A stretch of 64,000 nucleotides of DNA, from NCBI GenBank assembly GCA_903813345.2, contig CAIIXF020000001.1:39680001-39744000 (forward strand). The letters run 5' to 3'. Under the pieces are notes generated by a model. That model made no database searches and was not told the DNA's origin. It saw nothing but the letters and a program-made list of their open reading frames with translations. Positions within the stretch are counted from its first letter, which is position 1; each line of letters opens with the position of its first letter. The DNA comes from Owenia fusiformis (lineage: Eukaryota). A program made the position numbers and the translations under genes. Below are positions 63,505-64,000 of this stretch, piece after piece.

Positions 63505-64000
63505 ATTGTTTCTAAATATGCTGCATATAAAATACGCCAAAAACGATCCTCGGTTAAAATCATTTTCAAAGATCACATCCCGATCTTTAATAACCTCCGG
63601 ATTATAATTGATTATATATCCCTGCGTGATCAACCTCTGATCTGGAGAGATTGATTGGTTAATTATAAGTAGTTTTTCAAGGAAGTAGAGAATTCGGTAT
63701 AATTCAGCTGAATATACATATTTCGCTATAAGTAAAACTTATGATAGAATAAAGAAACTTCGCTCATCCGTGAAAGCATGACTTATGTTTACGCGTATAC
63801 GTTATAAATAAGTATAAGGGATTAAAAACAACGTTTTATCAGGGATGGCTCCCTAAAGAGAGCTGCGCGACAATTGATGACGCAGTACACACATTTTATG
63901 CGTTATAAACATAGGGGATTGATAGACACGCTATACGTGCGATTGTAAAAATGCGAAATCTATCTTTAATTATTCAAATACGTCTACTAACTTCATTCAC

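Overview
AT-rich animal genomic DNA, probably from a protostome invertebrate such as a mollusc or annelid (inferred from a B-type muscarinic receptor and Helentron-type HINE repeats). The only intact protein-coding sequence I can support is a minus-strand exon (ATG at 1738, running off the window start) encoding the N-terminus, TM1-TM5 and a long third intracellular loop of a B-type muscarinic acetylcholine receptor. The ORF track misses it because it has no stop codon in the window. The other ~62 kb is intronic or intergenic DNA rich in DNA transposons. It includes several TA-flanked Tc1/mariner derivatives, a TTAA-flanked Kolobok-like MITE, a CAC-ended MITE with a 5-bp TSD (Transib-like), and a 5.6-kb decayed Academ element with tandem-repeat TIRs. 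It also includes a 7.7-kb TGT...ACA Ginger-like element with a 6-bp TSD, integrase and OTU exon remnants and a 3.5-kb inverted 31-bp satellite. Finally, there is a set of elements with long 3' hairpins: one carries a Crypton-type recombinase remnant and two are near-identical copies 40 kb apart. I found no CRISPR array, rRNA or intact tRNA. All family assignments come from reading motifs by eye, not from database searches. I cannot establish a wholly new biological system; the best candidates are unusual transposon architectures.
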